Shown piece after piece: positions 10,521-20,075 of a DNA stretch of 64,000 nucleotides. Source of the stretch: Enterobacillus tribolii (lineage in GTDB: Bacteria > Pseudomonadota > Gammaproteobacteria > Enterobacterales > Enterobacteriaceae); contig NZ_QRAP01000005.1 of the NCBI RefSeq assembly GCF_003363015.1, forward strand, positions 330,820 to 394,819. The letters are read 5' to 3'. The notes under the pieces are model-generated. The model had not been told where the DNA came from and searched no databases. It saw only the letters and a program-made list of their open reading frames with translations. The translations under genes and the position numbers were made by a program. The stretch's first letter is position 1; each line of letters begins with the position of its first letter.

Positions 10521-10817
10521 TTATACCGATTTGAAATCTATTTTATCCGTATCAATAGAGGTTACACTCACCGTTATTTCCAGCGTCACGGAATATTCCT
10601 TTTTTTTACGCGGCAAGAAAAAAAACAAAAACTTTTCTGTCGTTATTTTCTCCTCAGCACGAATAACACGGACATCTTCCGGCTCGATCCGCAATAAAAC
10701 CTTGTCGGTTTCCCTGAGAATCTGACCTTGTACGCTACTTAACGCCGCGGCAAACGCTTTTTGTTTAGTATTGCTTTTGCCGCTGACGGTTACGGTGGTT
10801 GTAATACTCTCTTTCAT
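10521..10817 (-). CDS. small soluble protein, DUF4312-type (EF_0831/AHA_3912-like)
   Basis: 98-aa ORF directly upstream of the DUF4311-type gene and downstream of the SFCGS gene. The order matches the conserved cluster. Confidence 0.45.
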   Translation of the reverse strand: MKESITTTVTVSGKSNTKQKAFAAALSSVQGQILRETDKVLLRIEPEDVRVIRAEEKITTEKFLFFFLPRKKKEYSVTLEITVSVTSIDTDKIDFKSV

Positions 10818-10819
10818 TA

Positions 10820-11182
10820 TCAGTTACCGTGTTTTTTGATATAGGCTTCCACCAGCTTCTGACCTAATTCCTCTTTATCCATAAAGCCGAATCCTAATAC
10901 GTTGCAGCCTTCGTTAATGGCGGTAACGCCTTCTTCGATGGAGCGCATACCGTAGCGCGCTTTATAACCGTACTTGGTTTGCGCGGTAATAGCACCGGCG
11001 CCGCCGCTGCCGCAGAAAGAGATGCCCAGGTCAGCGTTTTCCTGCTTCATCACGTCGCCCAGCTTCATGTCCGCCGCCACGCCGGGGATAACAACAGCCG
11101 TGCCGCCAGCCGCTTCCACGCCCTGGCCCACTTTCTGGCCTTTCCCCAGACGATCGCCGATCACTACTTTAATTGCCGTCAT
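10820..11182 (-). CDS. glycine-rich SFCGS-family protein (EF_0830/AHA_3911-like)
   Basis: 120 aa containing the literal motif ISFCGSGGAGAITAQ plus Gly-rich segments. This family is diagnostic of the EF_0829-0839-type cluster. Confidence 0.75.
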   Translation of the reverse strand: MTAIKVVIGDRLGKGQKVGQGVEAAGGTAVVIPGVAADMKLGDVMKQENADLGISFCGSGGAGAITAQTKYGYKARYGMRSIEEGVTAINEGCNVLGFGFMDKEELGQKLVEAYIKKHGN

Positions 11183-11185
11183 AAT

Positions 11186-11533
11186 TTATTCTCCCGTTAC
11201 GCTGCTTAATTCATTTTCTTTCGCCACTTCGAAGTGGACGGATAATAAATGTGCTTCTTCATACGCCAGGCCGTCAAACCAACTAACAACCTGCTCTGCT
11301 AATTTCAGTGACATCGGTGAGATTTCATCAAACAAGGAAATATCGACCTCAGGTAAAGGTTCTCCGGTATGCGAACGTAATACCATGGCTTTTACATGTG
11401 AAAAAAGCATCTGCTTCTGCACTTCATTCGGATAAATTCCTTTACCGCTTAATAATGTGCTAACTTTTTCCAATACGCCGTTCGTTTCTTTTTCCAGAGT
11501 CACTTCATCCACTGAGCGTTGTTGTTCTGCCAC
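11186..11533 (-). CDS. small PRD-domain protein (EF_0829/AHA_3910-like), first gene of the operon
   Basis: The probable GTG start at 11533 is preceded by GAGGGGAGAG. ~115 aa with a His-containing C-terminal segment (HLLSVHFEVAKE). The longer ATG-initiated ORF (to 11674) lacks an RBS. Confidence 0.4.
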   Translation of the reverse strand: MAEQQRSVDEVTLEKETNGVLEKVSTLLSGKGIYPNEVQKQMLFSHVKAMVLRSHTGEPLPEVDISLFDEISPMSLKLAEQVVSWFDGLAYEEAHLLSVHFEVAKENELSSVTGE

Positions 11534-11960
11534 GCCGTCTCTCCCCTCTATTCTGTTCAACGGTATTCTTCTCTCTGTTGATGTTGTTACCCTACAGCGG
11601 ATAAATAAATAAGAGGAGCGGATCTTTTTCCATTTCAAACTGGAAATCCCTCCCCGGAAATGGGCCTGCTTCAAATTTTGCTTTTCACAAAATTTTATTC
11701 ATAGATTTATTGTATGATTTTCTTGGAAAAATCATTTTTGTGATGGGCTTTGCCGGTCACATTTGATACTATCGAACGACAAAATGCGGGCTGCCGAAAT
11801 CGTGATGCAGCTCACTTTTAAAATGCGGCGTGGCTCTTTATTATCGCTACAGACGCAAAAGCGAATGCTGAACCCTCACACCTCTGGCTGTGGGGGTTTT
11901 CTTTGTTATGACCGAATTCAACGAGAGGGGAGCTCTCAACCAAGACTCATGGAGAACAGT

Positions 11961-12371
11961 ATGCCCAGACCTGCAATTATATTGAACGAACTCGACGCCG
12001 AACGCCTGGACGCGTTACTGGAGCAGGCCGCCTACGCTAACTCACCGGTAGCTGAAGCGTTGAACACCGAACTGGATCGCGCGGAAATGCGCAGCCCGGA
12101 AGATATTCCTGCCGACGTCGTCACGATGAACAGCCGGGTGAAATTCCGCGATCTGGAATCGGGTGAAGAGCACGTCCGCACGCTGGTCTACCCCGTTAAT
12201 CTGAAAGACAGCAACGATCAGATTTCCGTGATGGCGCCGATTGGCGCTGCCCTGCTGGGGCTGCGGGTCGGTAACAATATCATCTGGGATCTGCCCAACG
12301 GCAACCAGACCCACATCGAAGTGCTGGAGCTGCAATACCAGCCTGAAGCGGCCGGCGAGTACCACCGCTAA
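11961..12371 (+). CDS. rnk: regulator of nucleoside diphosphate kinase (GreA/GreB-family)
   Basis: The ATG at 11961 with a GGAG RBS gives a 136-aa protein that aligns along its whole length with E. coli Rnk ([17 protein letters not shown]...[13 protein letters not shown]...[11 protein letters not shown]). Confidence 0.85.
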   Translation: MPRPAIILNELDAERLDALLEQAAYANSPVAEALNTELDRAEMRSPEDIPADVVTMNSRVKFRDLESGEEHVRTLVYPVNLKDSNDQISVMAPIGAALLGLRVGNNIIWDLPNGNQTHIEVLELQYQPEAAGEYHR

Positions 12372-12544
12372 TCAGAAAGGGCCGCCCACGCCAGGGTAGC
12401 CCGCGCTTATTAACGGGAAAATATCCTAATTTTCCCGTTATCGGTTAGGAAGATTCTCAAACTCAGATAGGCACCTCGCCATTCATTGGCGTTATGATAG
12501 CCTCTTCGCCCATATAGGGACGTAAGAGTACGAGATGCAGACTT

Positions 12545-13177
12545 ATGGAAAAAACCACGCCGATCGAATGCCTTATCGTTGACGATCACCCCGCCATCTG
12601 CTTCGCCCTGAAAGCTATTCTGGAAAAGACGCCCGGTTTTACTGCCTCTTCGGCGGCGGACGGCGTTCGTGCGATGGCGTTGATTAAAGAAAATCCCCCG
12701 TCGCTGGTCATTCTCGACATCATGCTGGCCCGTCTGGACGGCCTGGAAGTGCTGACCCGCATCAAACAGTTCGACCCGGCGATTAAGGTGCTGATTCTCA
12801 CCGGGCTGTCTGCGGAGCAATACGCCATGCGCACCCTGCGCGGCGGCGCGGAAGGCTTTATCAACAAGAATATTGATCTGCATGATATTCCGCTGATTTG
12901 CCGGCAGATTTTGGACGGCTACTGTTATTACCCGGATTTCTGCCTGAAGCAGCGGATTGCCGAACTCACGACGCCGGAGGCGGAGAACCCCCTCAGCACG
13001 CTGTCGGACAGAGAAATCTCCGTGCTGCGCCATTTACTGGACGGTAAATCGATCAAAGAAATCGCCGATCTGCTGCTATTGAGTAATAAAACCATCAGCA
13101 CCTATAAAGCCAGGCTGTTTGAAAAAACCGGCACGCACGATCTGGAGCGCCTGAAGCAGCTGATGGAACAGCAATAA
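12545..13177 (+). CDS. LuxR/FixJ-family response regulator (EvgA/BvgA-like)
   Basis: 210 aa with a REC domain (IVDDHP...LDIML) and a C-terminal LuxR HTH (LSDREISVLRHLLDGKSIKEIADLLLLSNKTISTYK). Directly upstream of a BvgS/EvgS-type hybrid kinase. Confidence 0.8.
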   Translation: MEKTTPIECLIVDDHPAICFALKAILEKTPGFTASSAADGVRAMALIKENPPSLVILDIMLARLDGLEVLTRIKQFDPAIKVLILTGLSAEQYAMRTLRGGAEGFINKNIDLHDIPLICRQILDGYCYYPDFCLKQRIAELTTPEAENPLSTLSDREISVLRHLLDGKSIKEIADLLLLSNKTISTYKARLFEKTGTHDLERLKQLMEQQ

Positions 13178-13205
13178 CCAATAAAAAAGAATTAATGGAA
13201 AAACC

Positions 13206-16200
13206 ATGAGCCGCCGCTTTTCGTTTCCGCTGTTTTCGCTTCTCCTGCTGACGTTCCTGTTTTGCGGTACGCCCCACACCCGCGCCGAAAACACCCCCGC
13301 GTCTTATCAGGAACTCATCCTGGTCGGTCACAGCGCCATGATGCTGGCCGACATAGATCTCAGCGACGACGAGTGGCGCTGGCTGCGCAAGAAGCGCGTC
13401 TTGCGGCTGGGCACCTGGGCGCCGAACTCTCCGCCCTACGACATTACCTCCGGCAGCCATGACTACAGCGGCATCAGCGCGGACTATGCCCAGCTTATCG
13501 GCCGCAACCTGAATATTCAGACCAAGGTTTACTACTATCCGGATTACAATTCGGCGCTGAACGCCATCCGCACCCGCCAGATTGATTATCTGGTGCTGGC
13601 CTCCGAGCGTGAACGCAACGAAGGGCTGATCCTGAGTACGCCCTACCTGCCTACCGTGCCCGCGATGGTGATGAACATTGATTCCACCAATACTCGGCGC
13701 GACCTGCGCATCGCCATCGATCCGCTGTACGCCGACAACGCAGAACTGCTGAAGCGCTATCCGGAGGCGACCCGGACGAAAGTAACGTCCACCCGCCACG
13801 CCCTGGAGTCGCTCTCGTTCCGCCAGCTCGATTTATTCGTCGGCGACATCGCCGGCGCCCAGTACATCGTCAATCAGGCCAACCTGCGCAACCTCAGCAT
13901 CCGGCCGATTCCCGACGTTAACATCAGAGGGTTTTCTTTCGCCGCCCTGCCGGAAAATCAAACCCTGATTACCATCTTCAACAAGCTGCTGGCGGCGATT
14001 CCCGGCAACATCCGGGCCGACATCCAGCGCCGCTGGGACGGCGGTGTTCCGCTGTCGATGGGGAACCGCAACCTGTTGTTCACCACGCTGGAGCGGCGCT
14101 GGCTGGAAAAACACCCGGCGCTGAAGGTCGCGATCGTCGACGATCTGGCCCCCATCAGCTTCTTCGACAGCAAGGGCACCCTGCGCGGCATTGCAGAAGA
14201 CATTATCACCGCCCTCGCCACCCGCACGGCCGTCCAGTTCATCCCCGAACGCTACGCCTCTTTGCACCAGGCGCAGGAAGCCATCGCCTCGGGCGAAGCG
14301 GATATCCTGATCAACTCGCTTTACAACAGCGCCAGCAAAAATGGCTTGCTGACCACCCGCACTTTTCTCTTTAACTCCTGGGCCGAAGTACGCCGCAAGA
14401 ATGAGCTTAAGCACAAAGGCCCGCCCCGGCTTGCCGTCCTGACAGGCGGAGAACCGGACGCCACACTGGCGGAGCTGTATCCGGGCAGCCCGGTAACGCG
14501 CCAGGAAACGCTGCGCGCCGCGCTGGAACAGCTGAGACTGGGATTGGCGGATATCGCCATTATGCCGCTGATTAACGCGGATTTTCTGGTGTCTCACTAC
14601 TATTCAGACACCCTGCGGATTAACGACAGCCTGGACGTCGAACCGGCCCGCTTCGTGCTGGCGGTCGCCGCCAACAACTACCCGCTGGCGACCATCCTCG
14701 ACAAAACGTTGCTGAACATCCCGCCGGAGGATCTGCATACCATCACCCATAACTGGTACACCAACGCCAACCTTCCCGGAAATATCGGCCCGCGCCCGGA
14801 AAAACGCGTTACCCCCTGGTGGCTGCCCGCCGCCGCCGGCGTACTGAGCCTGTTCTGCCTGCTGCTGGCCTGGTACGCTTTTCGCCTGAAACGGTACAAC
14901 CGCCAGATCGCCCGCAGCATTCTCGACACACTGCCGCTGCCCGCCTATGCCACGGATTTCAAAGGCCGTATCCGCTACGTCAACGATCGCTTCCTCAACG
15001 CGCTGTCGCTGCCCCGCGAAGAAACGCTGGGCAAACACCTCTCGACGCTGCTGCCGGTGCAATTGGACGACGCGCATACCCGCATTCTGCCCTCTTCCCG
15101 GCTGATCGAAACCGAGCGGGCCGACAAGAAAATCTCATTGCAGTTCTGGAATGAACTGATGCTGACGCCGGACGGCCAGGCCACCGGCTACATCGGCGGC
15201 TGGATCGACATTACCGCTCAGCAAAACCTGATCAGCGAACTGAAGAAGGCCAAAAGCGCGGCGGATAAAGCCAACCGCGCCAAGAGTACGTTCCTGGCGA
15301 CCATGAGCCATGAAATCCGCACGCCGATGAGCGCCATTATCGGCATGCTGGAACTGGTGCTGCGCCGGAAGTCGGCGAATCAGCCGGACTGGGACGCCAT
15401 CCACACCGCCTATGAGTCGGCGAACTCGCTGTTGATCCTGATCGGCGACATTCTGGACGTCTCGCGCATCGAATCCGACCGCCTGGTGCTGCACCCGGAG
15501 CGTGCCAATATCCGCCAGTTGATCGAGTCCGTGGCGGCGATGTTTGAAGGGCTGGCGCGCCAGCGGGGATTGCTGTTTCAGTTGGAGATCGACAGCGAAA
15601 TCAGCGGCGACGTGCTGATCGACCCCGTGCGCTTCAAGCAGATTGTTTCCAACCTGCTGAGCAACGCCATCAAATTCACCCAGTCCGGGCGCATCCTGCT
15701 GCGGGCCGCGCCCGAACGCGAAGACTCCACCAGCCTCTACCTGGTGCTGAGCGTGCAGGACAGCGGCTGCGGTATCGATCAGGACACGCAGTCCCGCCTG
15801 TTCCGCCCGTTCCAGCAGGGCGACATGCCGGCAACGCGCCAGGGCGCGGGGCTGGGGCTGTATATCTGCCGCACCCTGGCGCAGATGATGGAGGGCGACA
15901 TCACCCTGACCAGCCAGCCGGGCATCGGCACGGACGTCAATGTCCGGCTGCGCGTTCCCCGCCTTACGCACCTGGATCTGCTGCCGGTGTCTGCGCCGGC
16001 GCAAGCGCCGGAAAATCCGTCGCGCCTGATCCTGATCGTGGAAGATCATCCGGCCGGACGCATGCTGCTGACCCACCAGCTTCAGTACCTCGGCCACCGC
16101 GTCCTGTGCGCCAGCGATGGCGCACAGGCGCTGGCATTACTGGAACAACAGACGCCGGATCTGATCATCACCGACTGCAACATGCCGCGCATGAGCGGCT

Positions 16201-16703
16201 ACGAGCTAACGCGCACCCTGCGCCAGCGCTATGCCGCGGACATCACCATCTGGGGGCTGACCGCCAACGCCCAGCGCGCGGTGCGGGAAGAGTGCTTACA
16301 GGCAGGCATGGATGACTGCTTGTTCAAGCCCATCAGCATCAACACCCTCTCCGAAAAGCTGGCTACGCTGCCCGCCCTGCCGGTCCACGCCTGGCAGCAT
16401 TTCTCCCCGGAGCAGATACCCGCGGAGCTGCTGACACCGGAGAACCGGGAAGCCTTTGTCCGGCTGCAAATCGAGGCCATCGAAGAAGCGCTGCTCGTGC
16501 TTGACGGCGCCCCCGGCACGGCTACCCTGAAAGAAGCAATGCACAAGCTGCGCGGCGGGCTGTCGTTGATCGGCGCTGCGCCGCTGATCGCCCTGTGCCG
16601 GCAGGCCGAAGCCGCGCCGGAAGCCCCTCCCCTTGACGCACTGCGCCAGGAAGCCGGGCTACTGAGCGACGAGCTGAGCGCCTTTCAAAACATGTCATCA
16701 TGA
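13206..16703 (+). CDS. hybrid sensor histidine kinase with tandem periplasmic solute-binding domains (EvgS/BvgS-like)
   Basis: 1165 aa with a signal peptide, two SBP-like periplasmic regions, a TM segment, HisKA (MSHEIRTPM), HATPase (GLGLYICR), REC (LIVEDHP...DCNMP) and a C-terminal Hpt. Confidence 0.8.
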   Translation: MSRRFSFPLFSLLLLTFLFCGTPHTRAENTPASYQELILVGHSAMMLADIDLSDDEWRWLRKKRVLRLGTWAPNSPPYDITSGSHDYSGISADYAQLIGRNLNIQTKVYYYPDYNSALNAIRTRQIDYLVLASERERNEGLILSTPYLPTVPAMVMNIDSTNTRRDLRIAIDPLYADNAELLKRYPEATRTKVTSTRHALESLSFRQLDLFVGDIAGAQYIVNQANLRNLSIRPIPDVNIRGFSFAALPENQTLITIFNKLLAAIPGNIRADIQRRWDGGVPLSMGNRNLLFTTLERRWLEKHPALKVAIVDDLAPISFFDSKGTLRGIAEDIITALATRTAVQFIPERYASLHQAQEAIASGEADILINSLYNSASKNGLLTTRTFLFNSWAEVRRKNELKHKGPPRLAVLTGGEPDATLAELYPGSPVTRQETLRAALEQLRLGLADIAIMPLINADFLVSHYYSDTLRINDSLDVEPARFVLAVAANNYPLATILDKTLLNIPPEDLHTITHNWYTNANLPGNIGPRPEKRVTPWWLPAAAGVLSLFCLLLAWYAFRLKRYNRQIARSILDTLPLPAYATDFKGRIRYVNDRFLNALSLPREETLGKHLSTLLPVQLDDAHTRILPSSRLIETERADKKISLQFWNELMLTPDGQATGYIGGWIDITAQQNLISELKKAKSAADKANRAKSTFLATMSHEIRTPMSAIIGMLELVLRRKSANQPDWDAIHTAYESANSLLILIGDILDVSRIESDRLVLHPERANIRQLIESVAAMFEGLARQRGLLFQLEIDSEISGDVLIDPVRFKQIVSNLLSNAIKFTQSGRILLRAAPEREDSTSLYLVLSVQDSGCGIDQDTQSRLFRPFQQGDMPATRQGAGLGLYICRTLAQMMEGDITLTSQPGIGTDVNVRLRVPRLTHLDLLPVSAPAQAPENPSRLILIVEDHPAGRMLLTHQLQYLGHRVLCASDGAQALALLEQQTPDLIITDCNMPRMSGYELTRTLRQRYAADITIWGLTANAQRAVREECLQAGMDDCLFKPISINTLSEKLATLPALPVHAWQHFSPEQIPAELLTPENREAFVRLQIEAIEEALLVLDGAPGTATLKEAMHKLRGGLSLIGAAPLIALCRQAEAAPEAPPLDALRQEAGLLSDELSAFQNMSS

Positions 16704-16867
16704 ATGGACTACAGTGAAGTAGTCCATGCCTACCCCGAGCTTAGGAAGCAAGCCCATTGAGCTTACACAGGCACAGTACGTATCGTTATGGCTGAAGATT
16801 GCACGCCGGCGGATTAGCCGGTCGTGCGCCAATTGAAGTACTGATGACCTGAAATGGAGTTTACAAA

Positions 16868-17302
16868 ATGAAATTTACCAAACGCACCCTGCTGTCCATC
16901 GCTATGATCGCTGGTCTGGGCACCATGTCTGCCGCTCACGCTTACGAAGACTGCAATGCCAAGCGCGCTGCGCTGGAAAACCAAATCCGTATCGCCGAGC
17001 AGTACGGTAACTACAACAAAGTAATGGGCCTGAAAAAAGCGCTGGCGAACGTCAACGCATACTGCACCAACGACAGCGTAGCCAAAGACGCAGAAAAGAA
17101 AGTGCAGAAACTGGAAAACAAAATCGCAGATAAAAAAGCTGACATCAGCGAAATCAAAGCCGATCTGAACAAAGCAAAAGCCAAAGGCGATGCGAAGAAA
17201 GTGGCTAAATACCAGAGCAAACTGACTGAGAAGCAAGCTGAGCTGAAAGAGCTGCAGGCAGAGCTGAAAGCTGCACGCGCTCAACTGGCTGCGATGAAGT
17301 AA
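16868..17302 (+). CDS. DUF1090 (YqjC-like) periplasmic protein
   Basis: 144 aa with a signal peptide, a conserved Cys pair (CNAKRAALENQI...NVNAYCTND) and a Lys-rich coiled-coil tail, as in E. coli YqjC. Confidence 0.6.
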   Translation: MKFTKRTLLSIAMIAGLGTMSAAHAYEDCNAKRAALENQIRIAEQYGNYNKVMGLKKALANVNAYCTNDSVAKDAEKKVQKLENKIADKKADISEIKADLNKAKAKGDAKKVAKYQSKLTEKQAELKELQAELKAARAQLAAMK

Positions 17303-17370
17303 TTCCGCCGTATCCAATCTGTTACGCATTATAAGCCGGCCCCGCGGTAGTCCTGCCGCGGGGTCTTTAC

Positions 17371-19623
17371 GTGCATCCGCCGGATATTGCCCTTATGCGT
17401 CGCCTGACGTCATGCCTGATACTCCACGCCCTGCTGGCGGCGCCCGCGCCCGTGCTCGCGGAGGCCCAACGCGTCTGGGTATTGGTTAACGACGAATATA
17501 AAGGCGAGCTGCTGCTCGATTTTAACGAAGATTTCCCCTGTCTGCGCCGCCCGCTGCTGGAAGAATGGGGCCTGCGCGAACAACTGCTGGCACAGGTCGT
17601 TCCGACACCGGATACCTGTCTTTCCCGCGCCGCGCTGCCGCCGGAAACCCACTATTACTACGACAGAATCGCGCAGCTCATTACCTTTACGTTTCCGGAA
17701 AAAGACGTGGAAATCCGCCCCAACGGCGTCAGCACCAGCCGCTGGGACGAAGGCATTACCGCGCTGTTCGTCAACTACCACCTCAACTACACCTGGGACA
17801 ACGCCACCCGCAGCGAATACGAGCCCAAAAACAGCAACGCCTGGCTGGAGCTGGATTCCGGCCTGAACGTCGGCCCCTGGCGTCTGCGTTACCAGAACAG
17901 CATGCTGCGGGAGAAAACCGGCGAACGCACGTCCTACACCCGCCGCTTCAGCCTGGGTCGCAACATCCAGAGCTGGCGCAGCCGCTTCCTGGCCGGCGAA
18001 GGCGATACGCCTTCCGACCTGTTCGACAGCGTCTCCTTTCGCGGCGTGATGCTGAACAGCGACGAGAGCATGCTGCCCGACCGCTGGCGTGCGTTTTCTC
18101 CCAGAATTAAAGGGTTTGCCAAAAGTAACGCCGAAGTCACGCTGCGCCAGCGCGGCGAAGTGGTTTACCGCACCTTCGTCTTTCCGGGCGTCTTCACCCT
18201 GGACAACATCTACCCGCCCGAAGCCAACGGCGATCTGGAGATTACGGTGAAGGAGAGCGACGGAACGGAGAGCGTCAGGATCGTCCCTTACGCCTCCATG
18301 CCGAACCTGGTGCATGAAGGAAACGTCAATTATCAGTTGGTCTACGGGCACTACAAACCCTGGCGCGGCAGCGAACTGCCCCGCCCGGCCTTCGTGCAGG
18401 GCGCGCTCTTCGCCGGCCTGCCGGGCAACTTTTCGCTGTTCGGCGGCGTGATACACACCTCGCTGTATGACTCGCAGGCGCTGGGCATCGGTAAAAATCT
18501 GGGAACGTGGGGGGCGCTCTCCCTGGACGTAACCCACTCCCGCGCCACCCAGCCGCGCCGCAAAAGCGACGATCGCGGCGAAAGCTACCGCCTGCGCTAC
18601 GCAAAAGCCTTTTTCGACACCGGCACCAGCATCAGCATGCAGCTACGCTATTATCCCGCAGGACGGCGCTACCGCAGCTTCCAGCAGGCGGTTAATCAGC
18701 AAAAAACCTGGTGGTGGGACTGGGACGACAACGGCAACTGGGACGGCGACGAAGATCCGGAAAAACGCTGGCGCGCCGAGCTAAACCTGAACCAAAACCT
18801 GTGGCAGGACGGCAACCTCTACCTGACCTACTGGCAGGAGGCCTTCCGCCGGGGCGGAAAAGAGCACAGCATGATGCTGGGCTATTCCGACACCTTCCGT
18901 GACGTGGACTACAGCATCTACGCCAGCTATGACAAAGCGCCGGGGTTGCGCGGCAACAAAGAGGTCAACTTTACCGTCAGCATCCCCTTCTCCGTTTTCC
19001 TGGGCGAAGATCGCGGGCGCGGCATGCGTCTTAATACCGAATATACCGCGGCGAACCGCAAAAGCGCGCGCGAAGCGCTGACCACGATTAACGGCTCCGC
19101 GCTGGACGACTACAGCCTGCGTTATCAGCTCGGCACCGCTTACAACGCGGAAAAGCACGGCAGCCTGCTCGCCAACCTGGATTACCAACACAACGCCGGG
19201 GAAATACGCCTGGGCACCACGCAGCGGCCGCACTCACGGCAATACGACGCAGACGTCACCGGCAGCGTGATGGTTCATCCGGGCGGCGTGACCCTGGGCC
19301 AAACGCTGGGCGATACCATGGCGCTGGTGGAAATTCCCGGCACGGCCGGCATCGGCATAGACAACCAGTTCGGCGTCACCACCGACAAAAACGGCTATGC
19401 GCTGGTCAGCTATATGACGCCATACCGCGTCAACCGCATTACGCCGGATACCCTCAATCTGCCGGAGAATATGACGCTGCCGCTGGAAGAAGTGGACGTC
19501 GTGCCCACGGCGGGCGCCGTTGCGTTTGCCCGTTTCCTGAGCGTGGAGTGGTCTGAAGATGAGGAAGGTGAAGATGAAGATGGAAACGCTGAGGGAGAGG
19601 CGCCGGTCCCCCCTCCCCGGTGA
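17371..19623 (+). CDS. fimbrial outer-membrane usher (FimD/PapC family), orphan and C-terminally truncated (probable gene remnant)
   Basis: 750 aa. Colinear with FimD through the plug and barrel (LELDSGLNVGPWRLR; FRGVMLNSDESMLPDRWRAFSP; GDLEITVKESDGTESVRIVPYASMP; GVTLGQTLGDTMALVEIPG). It then ends in an acidic out-of-family tail (EDEEGEDEDGNAEGEAPVPPPR) about 100 aa before the expected CTD2. No chaperone or pilin genes are adjacent. Confidence 0.7.
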   Translation: MHPPDIALMRRLTSCLILHALLAAPAPVLAEAQRVWVLVNDEYKGELLLDFNEDFPCLRRPLLEEWGLREQLLAQVVPTPDTCLSRAALPPETHYYYDRIAQLITFTFPEKDVEIRPNGVSTSRWDEGITALFVNYHLNYTWDNATRSEYEPKNSNAWLELDSGLNVGPWRLRYQNSMLREKTGERTSYTRRFSLGRNIQSWRSRFLAGEGDTPSDLFDSVSFRGVMLNSDESMLPDRWRAFSPRIKGFAKSNAEVTLRQRGEVVYRTFVFPGVFTLDNIYPPEANGDLEITVKESDGTESVRIVPYASMPNLVHEGNVNYQLVYGHYKPWRGSELPRPAFVQGALFAGLPGNFSLFGGVIHTSLYDSQALGIGKNLGTWGALSLDVTHSRATQPRRKSDDRGESYRLRYAKAFFDTGTSISMQLRYYPAGRRYRSFQQAVNQQKTWWWDWDDNGNWDGDEDPEKRWRAELNLNQNLWQDGNLYLTYWQEAFRRGGKEHSMMLGYSDTFRDVDYSIYASYDKAPGLRGNKEVNFTVSIPFSVFLGEDRGRGMRLNTEYTAANRKSAREALTTINGSALDDYSLRYQLGTAYNAEKHGSLLANLDYQHNAGEIRLGTTQRPHSRQYDADVTGSVMVHPGGVTLGQTLGDTMALVEIPGTAGIGIDNQFGVTTDKNGYALVSYMTPYRVNRITPDTLNLPENMTLPLEEVDVVPTAGAVAFARFLSVEWSEDEEGEDEDGNAEGEAPVPPPR

Positions 19624-19658
19624 GCGCTTACTATCACGCCGGCGCGATGATGCGCAGC

Positions 19659-20075
19659 CTACTTATATTTCTTGTGATAAGTATTGCGCGTTTCTTTAAA
19701 GTTCTCCGCAGCCTGCTTCGCCTGCGTGAGCTGGCCAGCGTCCGCCAGTTGCTCCGCTTTATCGATCTGGCCGATCAACACGTCAAGGCCGTGGTGATAA
19801 TCCTTCATTTTCTCGCTGTCCGCAGCTTCCTTTTCCAGCTTGGGCGGCGTGCCCTGTTTGGCCTCGTTGGCCGCCGTTTTCATTCCTTCCAGAGCTTGTT
19901 TAAAGTCCTGGGCGTTCTCCGCTTTCAGCGCCGCTTTGTAATGTTCGGCAAGATCATCCATAGCATCACCGACATCAACAGAGGCGGCGAGAGCATTACC
20001 GCTAAACAACGCAACGGCCACGATAGCCAGTAAAGTTTTACGCATAATGGGGTCCTTATGATTTATTCTTAACAA
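19659..20075 (-). CDS. cybC: cytochrome b562
   Basis: 138 aa with a signal peptide. Colinear with E. coli CybC (..TPPKLE...MKD..HG.D.L.GQID.A..LA..G....A...A..K.TRN.YH.KY.). Confidence 0.85.
   Translation of the reverse strand: MLRINHKDPIMRKTLLAIVAVALFSGNALAASVDVGDAMDDLAEHYKAALKAENAQDFKQALEGMKTAANEAKQGTPPKLEKEAADSEKMKDYHHGLDVLIGQIDKAEQLADAGQLTQAKQAAENFKETRNTYHKKYK

Noticed and set aside
11534-11674. N-terminal 47-aa extension of the small PRD ORF (ATG at 11674)
   Set aside because: It has no RBS, is basic and low-complexity, and an internal GTG with a strong GAGGGGAGAG RBS gives a family-typical length. It is more likely the promoter/leader region of the operon.
13095-16097. Multiple 150-320-aa minus-strand ORFs inside the sensor-kinase gene
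   Set aside because: All are antisense to the 1165-aa kinase, whose HisKA/HATPase/REC motifs define the coding strand.
17410-18537. 375-aa minus-strand ORF plus several smaller ones inside the usher gene
   Set aside because: Antisense to the FimD-homologous frame, which aligns along its length to ushers.
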